The notes under the pieces were generated by a model. That model ran no database searches. It was not told the DNA's origin and saw only the letters and a program-made list of their open reading frames with translations. A program made the translations under genes and the position numbers. Positions 37,790-51,450 of a stretch of 62,637 nt of DNA are shown here, piece after piece. Origin of the DNA: Octopus sinensis (Eukaryota); assembly GCF_006345805.1 (NCBI RefSeq), contig NW_021832978.1, positions 1 through 62,637 on the forward strand. The letters are read 5' to 3'. Position 1 is the stretch's first letter, and the number at the start of each line of letters is the position of its first letter.

Positions 37790-38860
37790 TTATCTCTCAT
37801 AATAAAATAATCCATCAAAACGGTTGTCCAAATTTCCGTAAATCATGATGAAATAATCCGAAACATGTATGGCCTTGATGTGACAGACTTCAATTTCCTG
37901 AGAGCTGAGAAAGATTTCGCATTTGCTGTCTACAGATACTTGGTGGATATTGTTATTAAAATCTGATATGTAAATATTTTCGCCGTGGATGGTCAAGGAT
38001 TTGTTGAAAATGTTTGGAAATGGTTCCTCACCTTGAATCATTAGTTGTTGACTTCTTACCCAATTGTCTCTGTACCAACATACATCGTAATGATCTTCCT
38101 TGTACTTAAGAACGACAATGTCTTCATTCGATGTCACACCCATTGCTACAACCTTCCCCTCCTTCCCTAAATTCACTCGGCCCTTATACTCGTACATTTC
38201 ACCGCCAATGTGAAGTATGTCTGCGTATGTCACATATGGAATATTACTACATTCATTTGGAGCGTCTTCAAACACACATACCAGATTTTTGCCGTTCTTT
38301 TTGTACATTAAATTGTATGGTTTTTCAGTTGTGATCTTTTTTAAAAGACACAAATCTGTATCGAAGAACATCAGTTGTTTATCGTCACGAAAGAGGACTA
38401 CAAATGATTCATCGGTCCATTGACATATATCTTGAGCTTCTTTTTCAAATGTTTGACTGTAAAGCAGATGACCGTCTCCACTTGTGACCATGAGAGTACA
38501 TTTATGGAGGAGCACGACGATACTATTGTCTTGTAACATAATTAGCTTAAAAGCATTAAGAAAACAAAACATCGAATTTGAATCTAGTAAACCAGATAGA
38601 GAAAATGAAAGCGGGAACATTGCTGTTCTATGTGGCAGTCTTCTCACTGATATTTCATCAATTCCTAACATACTTTCCGCTATGTAATTACCACGTCTTA
38701 CTTCTATTCCCTTGATGTACTTCTTCTTTCTCCTCCATCGCCACCGTTTTTAAGTTTGTAAATAATTCATTACTGAACATTCCCTTGTTCTTCTGAGATG
38801 TAATGGAAGGGAAGTGAAGGCCAAAATCAAGATTTGATAACGACATAGATTCCAGAACCT
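37790..38860 (-). CDS. Terminal exon part 3: last NHL-like beta-propeller module (293-aa ORF plus a linker needing two homopolymer corrections)
   Basis: Blade-like motifs (LQDNSIVVLL..VTSGDGHLL..AQDICQWTDESFVVLF; VVAMGVTSNEDIVV). Same frame as the 38861-39655 ORF. Confidence 0.85.
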
Positions 38861-39773
38861 TCATTGGTCCCCATCAATTTTTATAGTATCACATTCAATC
38901 ATGTTGATATGTACACACCAGTAAATATTTCCCACTTTTCTCCATATTATACCATAAGGTACTCGACTTTCCCAAACTTTATATTTCTCCAAGTTTTGTG
39001 ACTTCAGTTGAAATATTTCTTGTCTGTTAGGGAGTGTAACCAAGATATTTCTTTCTCCTGTAAAACATACACCACCAACAAAACTTCCAAAATCTCTATA
39101 ACATAGCAGCTTCCCGTCTTCATCAAATAGTTTAACATTTCCACTATTGGCCATTTCGCACACAACTGTCTGTCCTTCATCAGAGATATCGATATCTTTT
39201 ACTTGAACAGGCCAATTGTTTGTTTGTAACCGTGAAACGGGGAATTTTTGCCGATTAATCTTGTACAAACCTTCAATATATAAGTACGAGTCATAGTTTG
39301 CAACAATCCTCGGGCCTTTACAGTTAATACTGTTGAAATCCAACGGACGTTTATAATGTCTTTCATTTAAGAATATTCTCTTGTATTCACCGTTCTGCAA
39401 CAATGAGACAATGCGATACTTTTTCGTGTTTTCATAGATGTTCTTCCGCCCAGTTATGTACAAATAAGTATCATCGGTTGCCATAGAAATGGGTCGGGAA
39501 TAAATACTGTGCTTAAATGAATATAAATATTGCCCGTTCGGGTTCAGAATAGTGATGAGCCTCTCGGTATTGACAATAATGTTGTCATTAGCAATAACTG
39601 AGATATGGGTGATATTATATCTGTAGCACATCCAAAATAAGTCTATTTCCCTCATAATACGGACAGCTGACTGTATTTCATCGATATATATATAAAACAG
39701 GCCGTTTTCAATTTCGGGTATGCAGGTACCACCACCAACATTACTGCTGCTACTACTACTACTACTACTACTA
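38861..39773 (-). CDS. Terminal exon part 2: NHL-like propeller repeats (264-aa ORF plus upstream extension)
   Basis: VKDIDISDEGQTVVCEMANSGNVKLFDEDGK..VGGVCFTGERNILVTLP. Joins part 1 if one base at 39776/39777 is removed. Confidence 0.88.
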
Positions 39774-39790
39774 CTAACTACTACTACTAC
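39750..39790. repeat. (AGT)n poly-serine coding microsatellite with a 1-bp interruption
   Basis: The plus strand reads ctactaacta at 39771-39780. Confidence 0.95.
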
Positions 39791-42613
39791 TGCTACACAC
39801 CAGTAGATTGTCGGATCGACAAGCGATACAATTGTATCTATTTTCCGTGTGGTAAGTTGCCAAGACCAATGGGAATTCCACTTTTAATGTCAGCAGTTGA
39901 TGGTTATTGGTCGTTATAACCAATGTGTTTGATCGCCAGCAACACATATGTCTAGGGACAACATTTAACTTGATAGAGTCAACGAGTTGACCATCAAAAG
40001 TTAATATCTTAATGTTTTCATTTGTGCTGTCATATAAAGCAACCAGGTTATTTTCTGTAATAACCAAACAACCAATCTCCACTGGATGTTTATCTCCAAA
40101 ACTTTGAGGGGCAACAACTTCATGAGCTTTATCATAAACTGTGAGATCTTGTAGATACAATCTAGAAGACAACATTTCACTGAGACTGATGTTTCTAGAA
40201 AATACATCTACTAGATCGATGAACATGTTAATTTGGCTTCTTGTGACATGATCTTTCACCAGCAAGTCATGCTCATTTACAGCAAACATGCGGCTGTTGT
40301 CTATCAAATGAACACACATTTTATCAATACGTCCACCATAGAGATTGGATTGTGTTTTCCCTTGCGACAGTAAAATATTGGGTATCATCTCAATGCTATA
40401 AGGACCACCGTCATAACCATAGAGATTGGAGGGTGTTTTCACTTCGGATGGTAAAACACTTCTTCCCCTCTTCCTGATGATCTTGTAGAAGAATACTGCT
40501 TTCTTACCAACAATCAATAGCTTTAGTGTTTCATTTTCTAACGATAATGATTTCATTACAAAAGGAATATTAATTTTATGAATTATTTGAACTCGATTAC
40601 AATTTTTAATGTTTAAAATATCTAAATGCGATGGTTTATCGCAATAACAAATAATATGACTTTCACCCAGCTTACACACCCGTACATAAGCCTGGTTTAA
40701 TGCTACACTTATAACTGCCTTTGATACGTTTCCGAAGACCCGTAATTGCTTCTCTAGAGGTAATGTGACGCCTATCTGATTATAATTCCATCGACATACA
40801 TCTGTAGCTGTAGACGGCAGAGATAATCTAGACACAATGTTCCCTTCGTTGGAAATGTATAACAAACAATCATTATATATGTCGGACAACACCAACTGTC
40901 CATTTGCCAGATGACATATTTCACCAATGAGAACTTGGTCATTCTCCTTTTCTTCGAGTCGAATATTTAGATTTTTATTATAAGGGTTTTGAAAGGTTAC
41001 ATGACAGTCTGACCAGTCATGGTACTTGTAAAGAAGAATCCGACTGAGCAGATCGTCCCGCACATAAGCTGTTCCTTGGAAAACAGCAGCGTGACAGCGA
41101 AAGTTTGAAGGAAGTTTCAACTGCCATTTCCTTTGTCCAGTTATATTGTAACAAGTCATCAAAGACTCTCTCCTGAAGATAACATAGAAGTATAATTTGT
41201 CTGTGAAAACATGATGAGGATAGCCATTGAACTCAATGTGTTTCTTGGAAAGCTCCTCACCAAAGCTTGAATAAAATAACAAGTTACGTTTCTTTCTGTC
41301 TACAACTACAAAATTAATTGGAGTAGCAGCAATGGCGACATTGTCATGGTCCAATGAAATTCTGTTTACAATGTCGACATGATCCTTTTTAATCAATAAA
41401 ATATGTACCTCCACTTTACCTTCATTGGTGGTCAGAGCCAAACACCTATTTGATACCATATGACACATTTGGATGTAATTGTTTTCGACGTCTATTAAAT
41501 CACCTTCAGTTAGTTGTGGACAGGTAATATACTGAAGTTTCCTGTCCTCACTAAAAAGGACAAGAAATGTGTTCGAATCCACTCTGCAGAAAACAGAAGG
41601 CTGGAGTTTAAAGGTTAAACATTTTCCACCAAACGGTTGCCCTTCGTCAGTAACTAATATAGCTTTTAGATCCCGATATATAATTACTACTGAAGAGGCT
41701 GACATAGGTAGAATCGTTGTAATGTTGGAGGGGTCATCAATATGGATTTGGTTTATCAGGCTCGGGACATGGTCTTGGTGATGGTAAGACAGCCGAGGCC
41801 AAAAATCTTTATTTGTCCTAATAATATGTACAAGACCAAAACGGTCAGTCAAGTAAATATTATTTGTTGCCACACAAATATATCGAGCTTTTATCCCAAT
41901 TTCTCTTTGGGACACAGCACCGTTTGCTGAAATCTTGTAAATTACATTTCCTTGCACAGCGTAAGAATAATTTCGATATACGGTGAGGTCGGTTGGAATA
42001 TCGATGGAATGGGTCCTCAACTGAAACAAGTGTCTGCCATCTATTGTGTAACAGCTAATTCTATTTATATTAGCTAAGGCTATTAAGATATGATACTGTG
42101 GACCAACTGCTATGTTTCCAACAATTTCTTGTACACTAAATTTTTCTTCAAATTTATTTTTATCCCAGTCTATGAGATATATTGTCTTACTAAACATTTC
42201 TGTCCCTACAAATGTAGAATGTTCGAAATAGGAAATTGTAAAGAAACTATAATCCAGAGATTTTATGTGGAAACTTGATGGATTAATGAAAACTATTTTC
42301 TTGCGGAAAGGAATTGTGGCTAGAACAGTGTGTTCACCAATTCTTGTCATGTCTGTGACATTAGAAGAACAATGAAAATCAAAATCACCGCCTGTTGTGG
42401 CACAACTTATTAACTTCAAATCTGGTGAATAGGTTACTATTCCATTGCAGATTTCAACGATTCTTGAAACTGTGACTAAGTTCTTGGAATCGTTATCGGA
42501 GTCTGTGAGCTGCAATATTTTGGACACAGCTGGGCAAAGGGGACGGAATTTGGATGAATGCGACTTCATAATACTTTTACAGTCAAAACGTGGTATCTGC
42601 ATGTAGTGATCAT
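39774..42613 (-). CDS. Terminal exon part 1: tandem NHL-like six-bladed beta-propeller modules
   Basis: 942-aa ORF extended by a canonical acceptor (tattcag|AT GAT CAC TAC ATG) at 42613, phase 1. It contains molluscan TRIM/NHL-type blades, e.g. IGEICHLANGQLVLSDIYNDCLLYISNEGNIVSRLSLPSTATDVCRWNYNQIGVTLP. Confidence 0.92.
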
Positions 42614-45024
42614 CTGAATAACAATAACAACAGAAATAAAATTATATTAAATTTTCAAAAGACATGAATGGGTAATAATAATTTGTAACAGCAACTTCCT
42701 ACGCAATTCGAGTCACAAAAAATATCAAATCTTCTCAATTTAACGAAAACATTGCACAACATTCCTACCACACCATTTTCAAGACACTTTCCATTTCATT
42801 TATTGTAGATAAACACGGAAATAGCAACATCAGTGGGGTTACAAGCTGAAAACACTGATATACACCAGCGGAGTTTGTTACTGAAGAGCGATATCCATGA
42901 TGATCTGGCTATGTATACCTTGACCACTTCAATTGTGGTTAATACTAGAAGGTCTACACATGTACAACCACATACTGTACAATGAGGAAATACTTTATTG
43001 CATCCCGACTGCTACCACACTCCACCCCACAAAACAAAACACTGTATTTTGTAAGTTAACTCTGTGATGTTTAACAAGATGAAAGAATGGAATATTTGAC
43101 GGGTTAGATCTGGGTGTTTTTTACGGAGGCTGTGACCAGCTGCGTATTGTTATATATATGTGTGTGTGTATATGAGTACTAAAGATGGCCTGAGTAGCTA
43201 TTACACAACCAATCGTAAGATTTATGATCTCTCTCTTTCTCTCTCTCTCTCCCTGACCCCATGTTAGACGTTAAAAATTAGATTAGCCCCAACAACAATT
43301 CTATCAATGAATTAGGTAAATAAAATTCGAATAAACAAAACAGAAATTGCCTTTTACCGATTTAGAGATAACGAATAATTATTGATAATTTATAGTCAAT
43401 AACTTTCTGCACTCCACTTCATTAATGCTGGGCTAATTCTAGATGCTCTGATTTAAAATACCAATTAGTGTTTTATAAATATACAGATATATATGTAAAT
43501 ATTCACAGAAATATATAACCCTGTAATTACCCATGTGATCTTTTAGTAATTACTAGTATTTATGGCAATCCAGAAAGCTGTAATTATCCATTATCTCAGT
43601 TGAGATTTGGTCAGTCTATCTCCTAATATAACATGTATAACTTTGATGTATTTGCAAGTAATTAGCATCCATCGCTACCTACCATCACTACCACTATCAT
43701 CATTTAACGTCGGTTCCCCATTCTGGCAGGGTTTGTACGTTTTGTCAGGGGCTGGCTAGGGAGAAGAATGCACCAGGCTTCACTGTCTCATTTGGCAGGA
43801 TTTTACAGCTTGATACTCTTCCCAACACCAACAACCTTACAGTGGGATCTGGATCCACAAGCACTGGTGGGGGTCACCAAAGAACTTGCAAGACAAAAAG
43901 CCTTTGAGAGGGAGAGCATTGGAGGAGGAGGTGGGCGTGTGTCAGGGGATGACAGGTTCGACTGTGACAGAGGGATTGGAACAGGTGTCTTATAGTAGAA
44001 GACATACATGATTACCCGGTGAGAGGAGGCGGGCAAGAGAAACAGTGAGAGTGAGCAACCAAGGAATGTTAATAAATAATTAAGCACTCTGGTACCTCAC
44101 ACACCGTTGTAACTCAGTCTCCATCATTTACTGTTGTCAGCCTCCACCGCTCCTTCGAATCACTTTTTTAATCCTTATTGTCTCGTATCTTTTAGTCTGC
44201 ATTCCGATTATTCTATAATCTCTTCTTCTCCCATCTTAAACATATCAGTGAACAAACACATCATAGAGTAGTGAGGACTAACTTTCTAATAATTTGGAAT
44301 GTGACTCAACCTCACTAATGTTGGTGCTATGATCAAATGCTCCCACTACACACTAGGAGGTGGTTGTTGGATGAGAGTTGACACCGTAAGTTTGAGAGGG
44401 AGGTTTAATCTTGCCGAGGACATGGCAATCTCTTGTAGTGTTTGTGCCACAATTATATTCACCCAGGACCCTTTGTAAAGTGGTTGGTGATAAGAAGGGC
44501 ATACCACCATGAAAAAGCTGGAATGGTTAATTGAGAGGTAATCCTCAAGCAATCATTATGGGTAGTTTACTGTTATGACATGGACAGTGACCACCCATCC
44601 AGTACATGGGAGCATAGAGAGCAGATGATAAAAGGGAGAGGATGATATCATTTACTGTATTGAAACTTGCAGATAGTGAAAGGGAGCGAGAAAGAGAGAG
44701 AGAGAAATAGAGAGAGAAAAAGAAAGACAGAGAGAGAGCTTGTCTGAGCTGCAAAGCAGCCTTCTACTTGAATAAAGGCAATATTGAATAGATGTAATGG
44801 TTGAATAGTGGACGTAATGACAGTGACAAAAAAACCAGGCTGTTCACTATTGGAACAAGTTTCACCATAACATCTGGTTAAGCAAAAGCGCCAACAACAA
44901 TAATCAATCAGTAAGCTTACTAAAAATGTAAAACGAACAAACACTTTGTCATTAAATCACCCGTTTACCTTTAAACAACAAAATCCTTTTAGTTCCTATT
45001 CTAAAGGACAATATCATTTTCTAC

Positions 45025-45230
45025 TCTAGGCACAAGGCCAGAATCCTTTGGCGACGGAGTCAGTCGATTAGATCGACCCCAGTACGCAACTGGTACTCAA
45101 TTTATCGGCCTCGAAAGGATGGAAGGCAAAATCGACCTCGGTGGAATTTGAACTTAGGATGTAAAGACAGATGAAGTAAAGCTAAGCATTTCGCCCGGCG
45201 TTCTAATGTTTCTGCCAGCTCACCACCTTC
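45025..45230 (-). mobile_element. Intronic tRNA-derived SINE
   Basis: Homologous to 13565-13787. Confidence 0.75.
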
Positions 45231-45760
45231 CCAAAGGACAATATTAACTCTATTCTGTTTTCTAAGTTAGCCATTTTGCCAACAGCGATAACCTTGGTGG
45301 ACATTTTATTAAATTTCAATAATAACAATATTTTAAAAAACAAATTGATGTGGTTACTTGACTGGGAACGAGAGGAGCTGCTGCTTGTTGTATACAAAGG
45401 GAGTGGAAGAGAGCGAAAAAGGGAGAGGACGAGAGAGACTAAAGTGAGATGACAGACGGTACTTATTCTCCTTAAAGGGACAGAACCGCTTAAGGGTTTA
45501 TATTTTATCTTTTGCATATTTCTCCTTATCTTGAGACGCCTTTTATTCTGAGTGGAAGAATATCTGATGCTTCCACTTTTCTATAAAATCCATTTCTTGG
45601 ATATTCCTGTAGTTGTACAAGAATAGAAAAAAAATGTGTAGCTAACCATTCGAAATAAATGTAGCAAAAGAACTTGTTCTCAGTCATTCTGTCAAACAAA
45701 GTTGCTCGGAAAATGGTAAAATTGATAGAAATCAATAAGGTATTGGCAATTTATACTCAC

Positions 45761-45811
45761 CAGCTGGCTCCACCTCTGTTTGGACTTCATTGTCAACAAG
45801 CGTTAAAGTAA
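45761..45811 (-). CDS. Microexon A, 51 nt, phase 1-1: (V)TLTLVDNEVQTEVEPA
   Basis: tttcag acceptor, gtgagtat donor, open frame continuous with the terminal exon. Confidence 0.8.
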
Positions 45812-46613
45812 CTGAAACAAAATTTTCTAAATTTTACACTTTACAGAAAAATGTCTTTATCTTAATTAATAATCTAAATTTTGTTATTCTGTGACATTCC
45901 TGTCATTGATGGTCAACTGGTGACCCGTACGGCTTGGGTCAACATTTTCATACTTCCTATAGGGATACCATGTAATAACTCAATATTCAGGTCCACTACT
46001 AAATAGACTAACCTTCATATATCTCCATATTAAGACATCCCACATAATCTAAGGATCACTCTATTAAGATATCTACATAATCTAATAATTATCTTATATA
46101 ATTATCACTTGATAACACGGATTATCTCTTAGTTTAATTTTCCCTTTCATCTATCGGAGCCCAATCTATGATATGGCATTGTTCTCTCACCTCCAGATTT
46201 CCCTAATGAACTCCCAGGAAGAATGGGACGAAATGGTGAGTAATGATCTTGAAATGTTGAGCCTAACAGTCACTTGGCAGTTTGCTGTGCTTGAGAACAA
46301 CCACCAACCTAAATAAAATAAAGGTCATAAGCGCCTGTTTGTCCCCCAACAATGCCTCCCCAACACATGTCGCATTCTCCTCCATTCTTCCTCATGTACC
46401 TACATGCACATATGATGCCCTACTGTTTCTCATCCCCAACCATATCCACAATTCCTCCTTCCTCTACTACTTTCCTTTCACAAACTTATAAACTAACCCT
46501 CCCTCCCAGATCACTCTCTGTCGTATTTCACCATTTTCTCTATCGACACATGAGGCAGCCATAGAAACAAAGGCAAAATAGACATTTGTGGGCTGCTGTT
46601 ATTTTATACTTAG

Positions 46614-46667
46614 CAACTGGCTCTGCTACCATCGTCTGCACTTATTTCCCTTCAAGCTTTAGATTCT
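46614..46667 (-). pseudogene. Dead microexon, 54 nt: NLKLEGK*VQTMVAEPV
   Basis: Homologous acceptor, in-frame TAA, donor mutated to ctaagt. Confidence 0.7.
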
Positions 46668-46976
46668 CTGAAATAAATATTATTTACACTAAAGTCATTT
46701 TATCATTATCAATAATCTATATTCTGTTATTGTGAGAGATCCCTACCATCAATGGTCTACAAGAGTTCACACAGGTTTCGGTCAATATTTATATACTTTC
46801 AACAGTGGGCCCATTATTTATGCCCTCCACAAAATTGATTGGCATTCCTAAATCTCCGCTCTCAATTAAGACATCTTACATATCTCATTTACTTCTCACG
46901 TATCCACCTTAATAAAGTAGATGAGGTAATGGCAAACTTGATAGAAATCAAAAAGGTAATGTTGATTTATACTCAC

Positions 46977-47027
46977 CAACTGGTTCTACTTCTGTTTGAA
47001 CTTCATTGTCAACAAGTGCTGGCGTCT
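46977..47027 (-). CDS. Microexon B, 51 nt, phase 1-1: (E)TPALVDNEVQTEVEPV
   Basis: Canonical AG/GT; paralogue of microexon A. Confidence 0.8.
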
Positions 47028-47712
47028 CTGAAATAAATATTCTAAATTTTACACTTCATAGAAAAACATCTTTATATTTCCTAATAATCAAAATATTATT
47101 CTTGTGAGGTATTCAGAAAATATTTGAAGATATTTCAATGTCATTAATCCTCCTTAATAAGCAGATATTTTCAGGTGAGCAATGATTGCTACTAAACAAG
47201 TGGAGCAGAAAGTGATATCAAGTATCCTAAAAACCTTGTACAAAACCTCATTAACTATACGTGTCATTTCATCCACATATTATTGCAAAGGAATTATATT
47301 TGGAATAGTACTGACTCTCAAGAATATATAAGCAAGACAGAGATATAAATCAAACTGGAAGCGCCAAATTTATTTTGCATTATGTTTTGATTTTAACTCC
47401 ATCACAGTTTGTGCCTTGATCCGATTGCCTCAAGACGTGTCTCTCAGCAAGCTACCGTACCATTGTCTTCAAGCTTTTGGCATGATTTCTCTTGCTATTT
47501 GTAACTTCACTTGTTTCTGCTGATCATTTACAAACGATACAAAGCACTACTTATTCGATTTAAACCACATTTTTGTCGAAATAATGTGTTAATCCAGTCT
47601 AACCAGAATTATTTGCATATCCTTCTGATCACACCTTAATATTATTATTAATCCATGAATGCCTCAAGTGAAGGTAAAATTGATAGAAATCAATTAGTGA
47701 CTTTATACTCAC

Positions 47713-47784
47713 CAACTTGCTGTGATGCATCTTTTGAAGTAAATGCCTCTGTCTGGACTTGCTTGTTCTGAGACTTGGGAAACC
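47713..47784 (-). CDS. Microexon C, 72 nt, phase 1-1: FPKSQNKQVQTEAFTSKDASQQV
   Basis: tatttatttcag acceptor, gtgagtat donor, open frame. Confidence 0.75.
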
Positions 47785-47894
47785 CTGAAATAAATATTTC
47801 AAGGTTTTTAAATTTTATTATAAAATATTTTAAATCTAGATATTAATAATATATATTTAATTATTGTGGGACTTTCTGATCATCAATGGGCAGC

Positions 47895-48080
47895 CTGTGT
47901 ATGAACAGCTGTGTATGCTACATAGTAGTGAAATGTATGTTGTGAACACAGAGGACGTGTAAAGGCTTGAACAAAATGGAACCAGCATGCTCCACTGGAT
48001 GGTCACTGTCAGTGTGCAGGTATAAAATGCTGACATGTTTTAAGATAAAAGTCGAGAGTTATCACGTGTATGTAGTACGC
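47895..48080 (+). mobile_element. Intronic RTE-clade LINE fragment
   Basis: NTEDV*RLEQNGTSMLHWM resembles TSEDMRRLETNKASMLRWM of the 34560-35270 copy. Confidence 0.55.
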
Positions 48081-51000
48081 AAGACAGACGACTGTGCCAG
48101 TATGACCATGTGATATGTATGAATAAGATCAGCTGTATAAAGAGCACCGATCTGTAAATGTGGAGAGAACCTCAAGAAAAATGGAAGGAAGTGTTGAGAA
48201 ATGAGCTTCAGATCTTGAACCTGAGAGTCAATCGGTAGAAAAGCGGGTATCTTTAAGAGACATATGTTCCTCAACCAATGGGAGTGGGTAGTATCTCAGA
48301 ATATGAAGTGTCTTGGGTAGAGGCCGCCCATCCAATGCATTTTAGAAAGAAAATCAGACGATAAATGATGAGGATGTATTCGATTGTATTGTAACATGCA
48401 GCTAGTATTTATCTTGAAAGAGAAAGAGACAATGGTTTTCTCAGCAGAAAACCAAAGTCATTACTTTGATAAAGACAATGCTTAGTGGATGGAACGATAA
48501 ATTCAATGTATCTAAGAAAAAGCAACAGCAAAAATAAAAGTTTTAAAACATTGTTAAAAGATATGAAGAGATAATATTTTTTAACAGCAACATCCGACAC
48601 AATTCGTGATATAACAACTCAAATCTTCCTAATTTAACCAAAATATTGCACACAGTTCATACAACACCATTTCCAAAACACTTCCGTCCCATTAATTGTC
48701 TATAAACACAGAAGTTGCTACACCAGTCGTCTCGCAAGCTGAAAACACTGATATACACCAGTGGAGCTTAGTACTATAGGGAGAAAGCCGTGATTTTCTG
48801 GCAATGTTTAACTTGACCATTACAAAAGTCGTTAACACTAGAAGGAGTTCAGATGTACAATTACAAACTGCACGGTGGAGAGATATCATATTCTACCCTG
48901 ACTGCTACCACAATCCGCCGTACACAAAACGCTGCATTTTAGCAGTTCCTTGTGTGATGATTAACAAAATGAAAGAATGGAATATCTGACGGGTTAGATC
49001 TGTATTTTTCACTGAGACTATGACCAGCTACCTCTGGTTATAGATCTATTAAAGGGCCGAGTAGAAATTAAACTACACATGGTAAGATTTCATGAGAGAG
49101 AGCTGTCTCCCACACATAATAGACACAATATATTGAGATAAGCCCGCCCCAGCACCAACTTTATCAGAGAATAAAATAAATAACAATCGAATAAACAAAA
49201 CAGAAACGACATTTTTACTATTTTAGATAAATCAATTAATTACTGCACACCAATTTCTAATTGCTGGACAAACTTCAAACAATCTGACACCGCGACAGCA
49301 GGTATCCTGAAACATTGTACACTTGCACAAAACCTTATTAACTACATTTAACTGGTCATCTACATACTATTGCATAAACATATCCGAAATGATACACAAT
49401 AACTGACAATTAAGCATATATAAACATGACGCAAATATAGATCAAACTGGAAGCATTGAATCTTACGTTTGCCAAGAAGTTTCGAATACTCTCATTCTTT
49501 TAATCCATTCCCATGTTTTCGTTTTCATCTTAATGCCCTTACAATTATTGGACAAAGAGGCAGCGCAACACTGTCCGAAACTTTTATAAGTTTTTCCCTA
49601 AACGTATGCATAGTTTCTCCTGCTACTTTGAACTTCACTTTGTTCTGCTGATCTTCCACAAATAACAGATTGTATTATTCATTTCCTTTAAGTCAAATTC
49701 TTGACAAAGTAATCAGTCCACCCAGGCTATCCAGAAATATTTGCATAACATTTTGGTCTCTACATAGTATTTTTATGTCATCCATGAATGTCTTGTCTGG
49801 TGCTTTCACTTGGGTCATTTCTTCTGAGCAGACTACTGATCTAAGTAACATCTCCAAACAAACTGAAGGATTAATATTGTGCACCCTACTCCAATTCCGA
49901 TGACATTCCCTGTAAAATGGTTTGTAATGAGCTGCCTTTTGAAATTGTTATAACAGCTCATCATCAGACCTTAAATTTTCCCCAGTATGTAAAAGAATTT
50001 CATTGATTTCATCAATAAAATTATATGGTACACAACCATATTCCTTAGAGCGATCAAGCCGTACAACATTCCAATTACTTCAATTCTTCTTTTTGTGTTG
50101 CTCCCAGTTTGACATTTCATGTCCTACAAACCAAGAAAGTCAGGGATTTCCAGTCCTCTGCACACTTTCCATCACATATCAATTATTTTGTAGGTGTATA
50201 GGTGATCTCGTAGCATGTACATCCACGTAAAGCTTGTCATTAAGGATTGAAACTAATTTCAATTGGCCAATTAATTGTGATTCAGATTCCTTTCATAAGT
50301 GAACTCTTTCTGCCTTATATCAGTCATAAATCCCTTCAATTTTATACCACAACCCCTTACTATTATATAATGCTTATATAATGCAGTTTTTGCTCTTGCC
50401 TCCCTTCTTGCTGCAATCTCTCAGATAAAAGTTTAATTCCTGACTTTCTTTGAGGTTTTATTAGAAAGACATCAACGTTTCTTTTGCTTGTACCACAATA
50501 AAATGCACCTAGGACACTTTATCAAATGGTTTGTTTTAGGAAATTATACCCTCATATAAAACCTAGAATGGTTAACTGAGATTTGTCTGCTATTTGATCA
50601 AGAGGTGGGAGCATGGAAATCAGACGATGAAGGATGAAGAGATTGTCAATTATTGTATAGTATCTTGCAACCAGTATCTGTTTTGAAGTAAGAAATATAG
50701 ACAACAACTATCACAGAAGTAAGTTGGATAAGGGCAATGTGTAGCGTATGTAATGAAATATCTGTGAAATAAATCAGACTGCTTATACTTGAAATACCTT
50801 TCAAAGTACTTTTTTAGAAATATCAGCCAAAATAACAACATTAATCTATCAGCAAACATAGTAGAAAATGTAAAACAAAGAGAAATGTCATTAACACGAA
50901 TGTTTATCGCTAAACAACTACAAATATTAGTTTTCTCTTCCAAAGTGAAGTATAAAATCTATTGTCTTCCAAGTTATCCATTTTACAAACCATGCTCACC

Positions 51001-51256
51001 ACATCGGATATTTTGTGAAATTACAATAATATCGATATGTTTTATTGGCTAAACTTGCAAAATGACCATTCCGAAATATAATAATATCTGTTTCAACACA
51101 CGACTTCACATAAAAAAATCTTGCACAACAAATATTTAATAGAATTATTATGCATCAAACTTTTCAAATGCAAAATGTGGATTGGAAGATGTTGTCAGTC
51201 ATTCAGTAAAGTTAAAATTTACAGTAATCGTTAAGGTAATGATATTTTATACTCAT

Positions 51257-51319
51257 GATCAAATGATTCTGTTTCAAGCATAGGAAAGATTGGAGACAGT
51301 ATTGTTTGCGACTGTGTGT
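51257..51319 (-). pseudogene. Probable dead microexon D, 63 nt: TQSQTILSPIFPMLETESFD
   Basis: Homologous flanks, but acceptor reads ccg and donor reads atgagt. Confidence 0.55.
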
Positions 51320-51450
51320 CGGAAAAATATATTTTCAAGTTTTACATTTTACACTATAATGTGATTATATCTATTAATCAAAAATATTCCATTACCGTAA
51401 GATATCTTTATTTTCAATGGTCAACGGCTGACCACTATGCTTTTGGTCAG

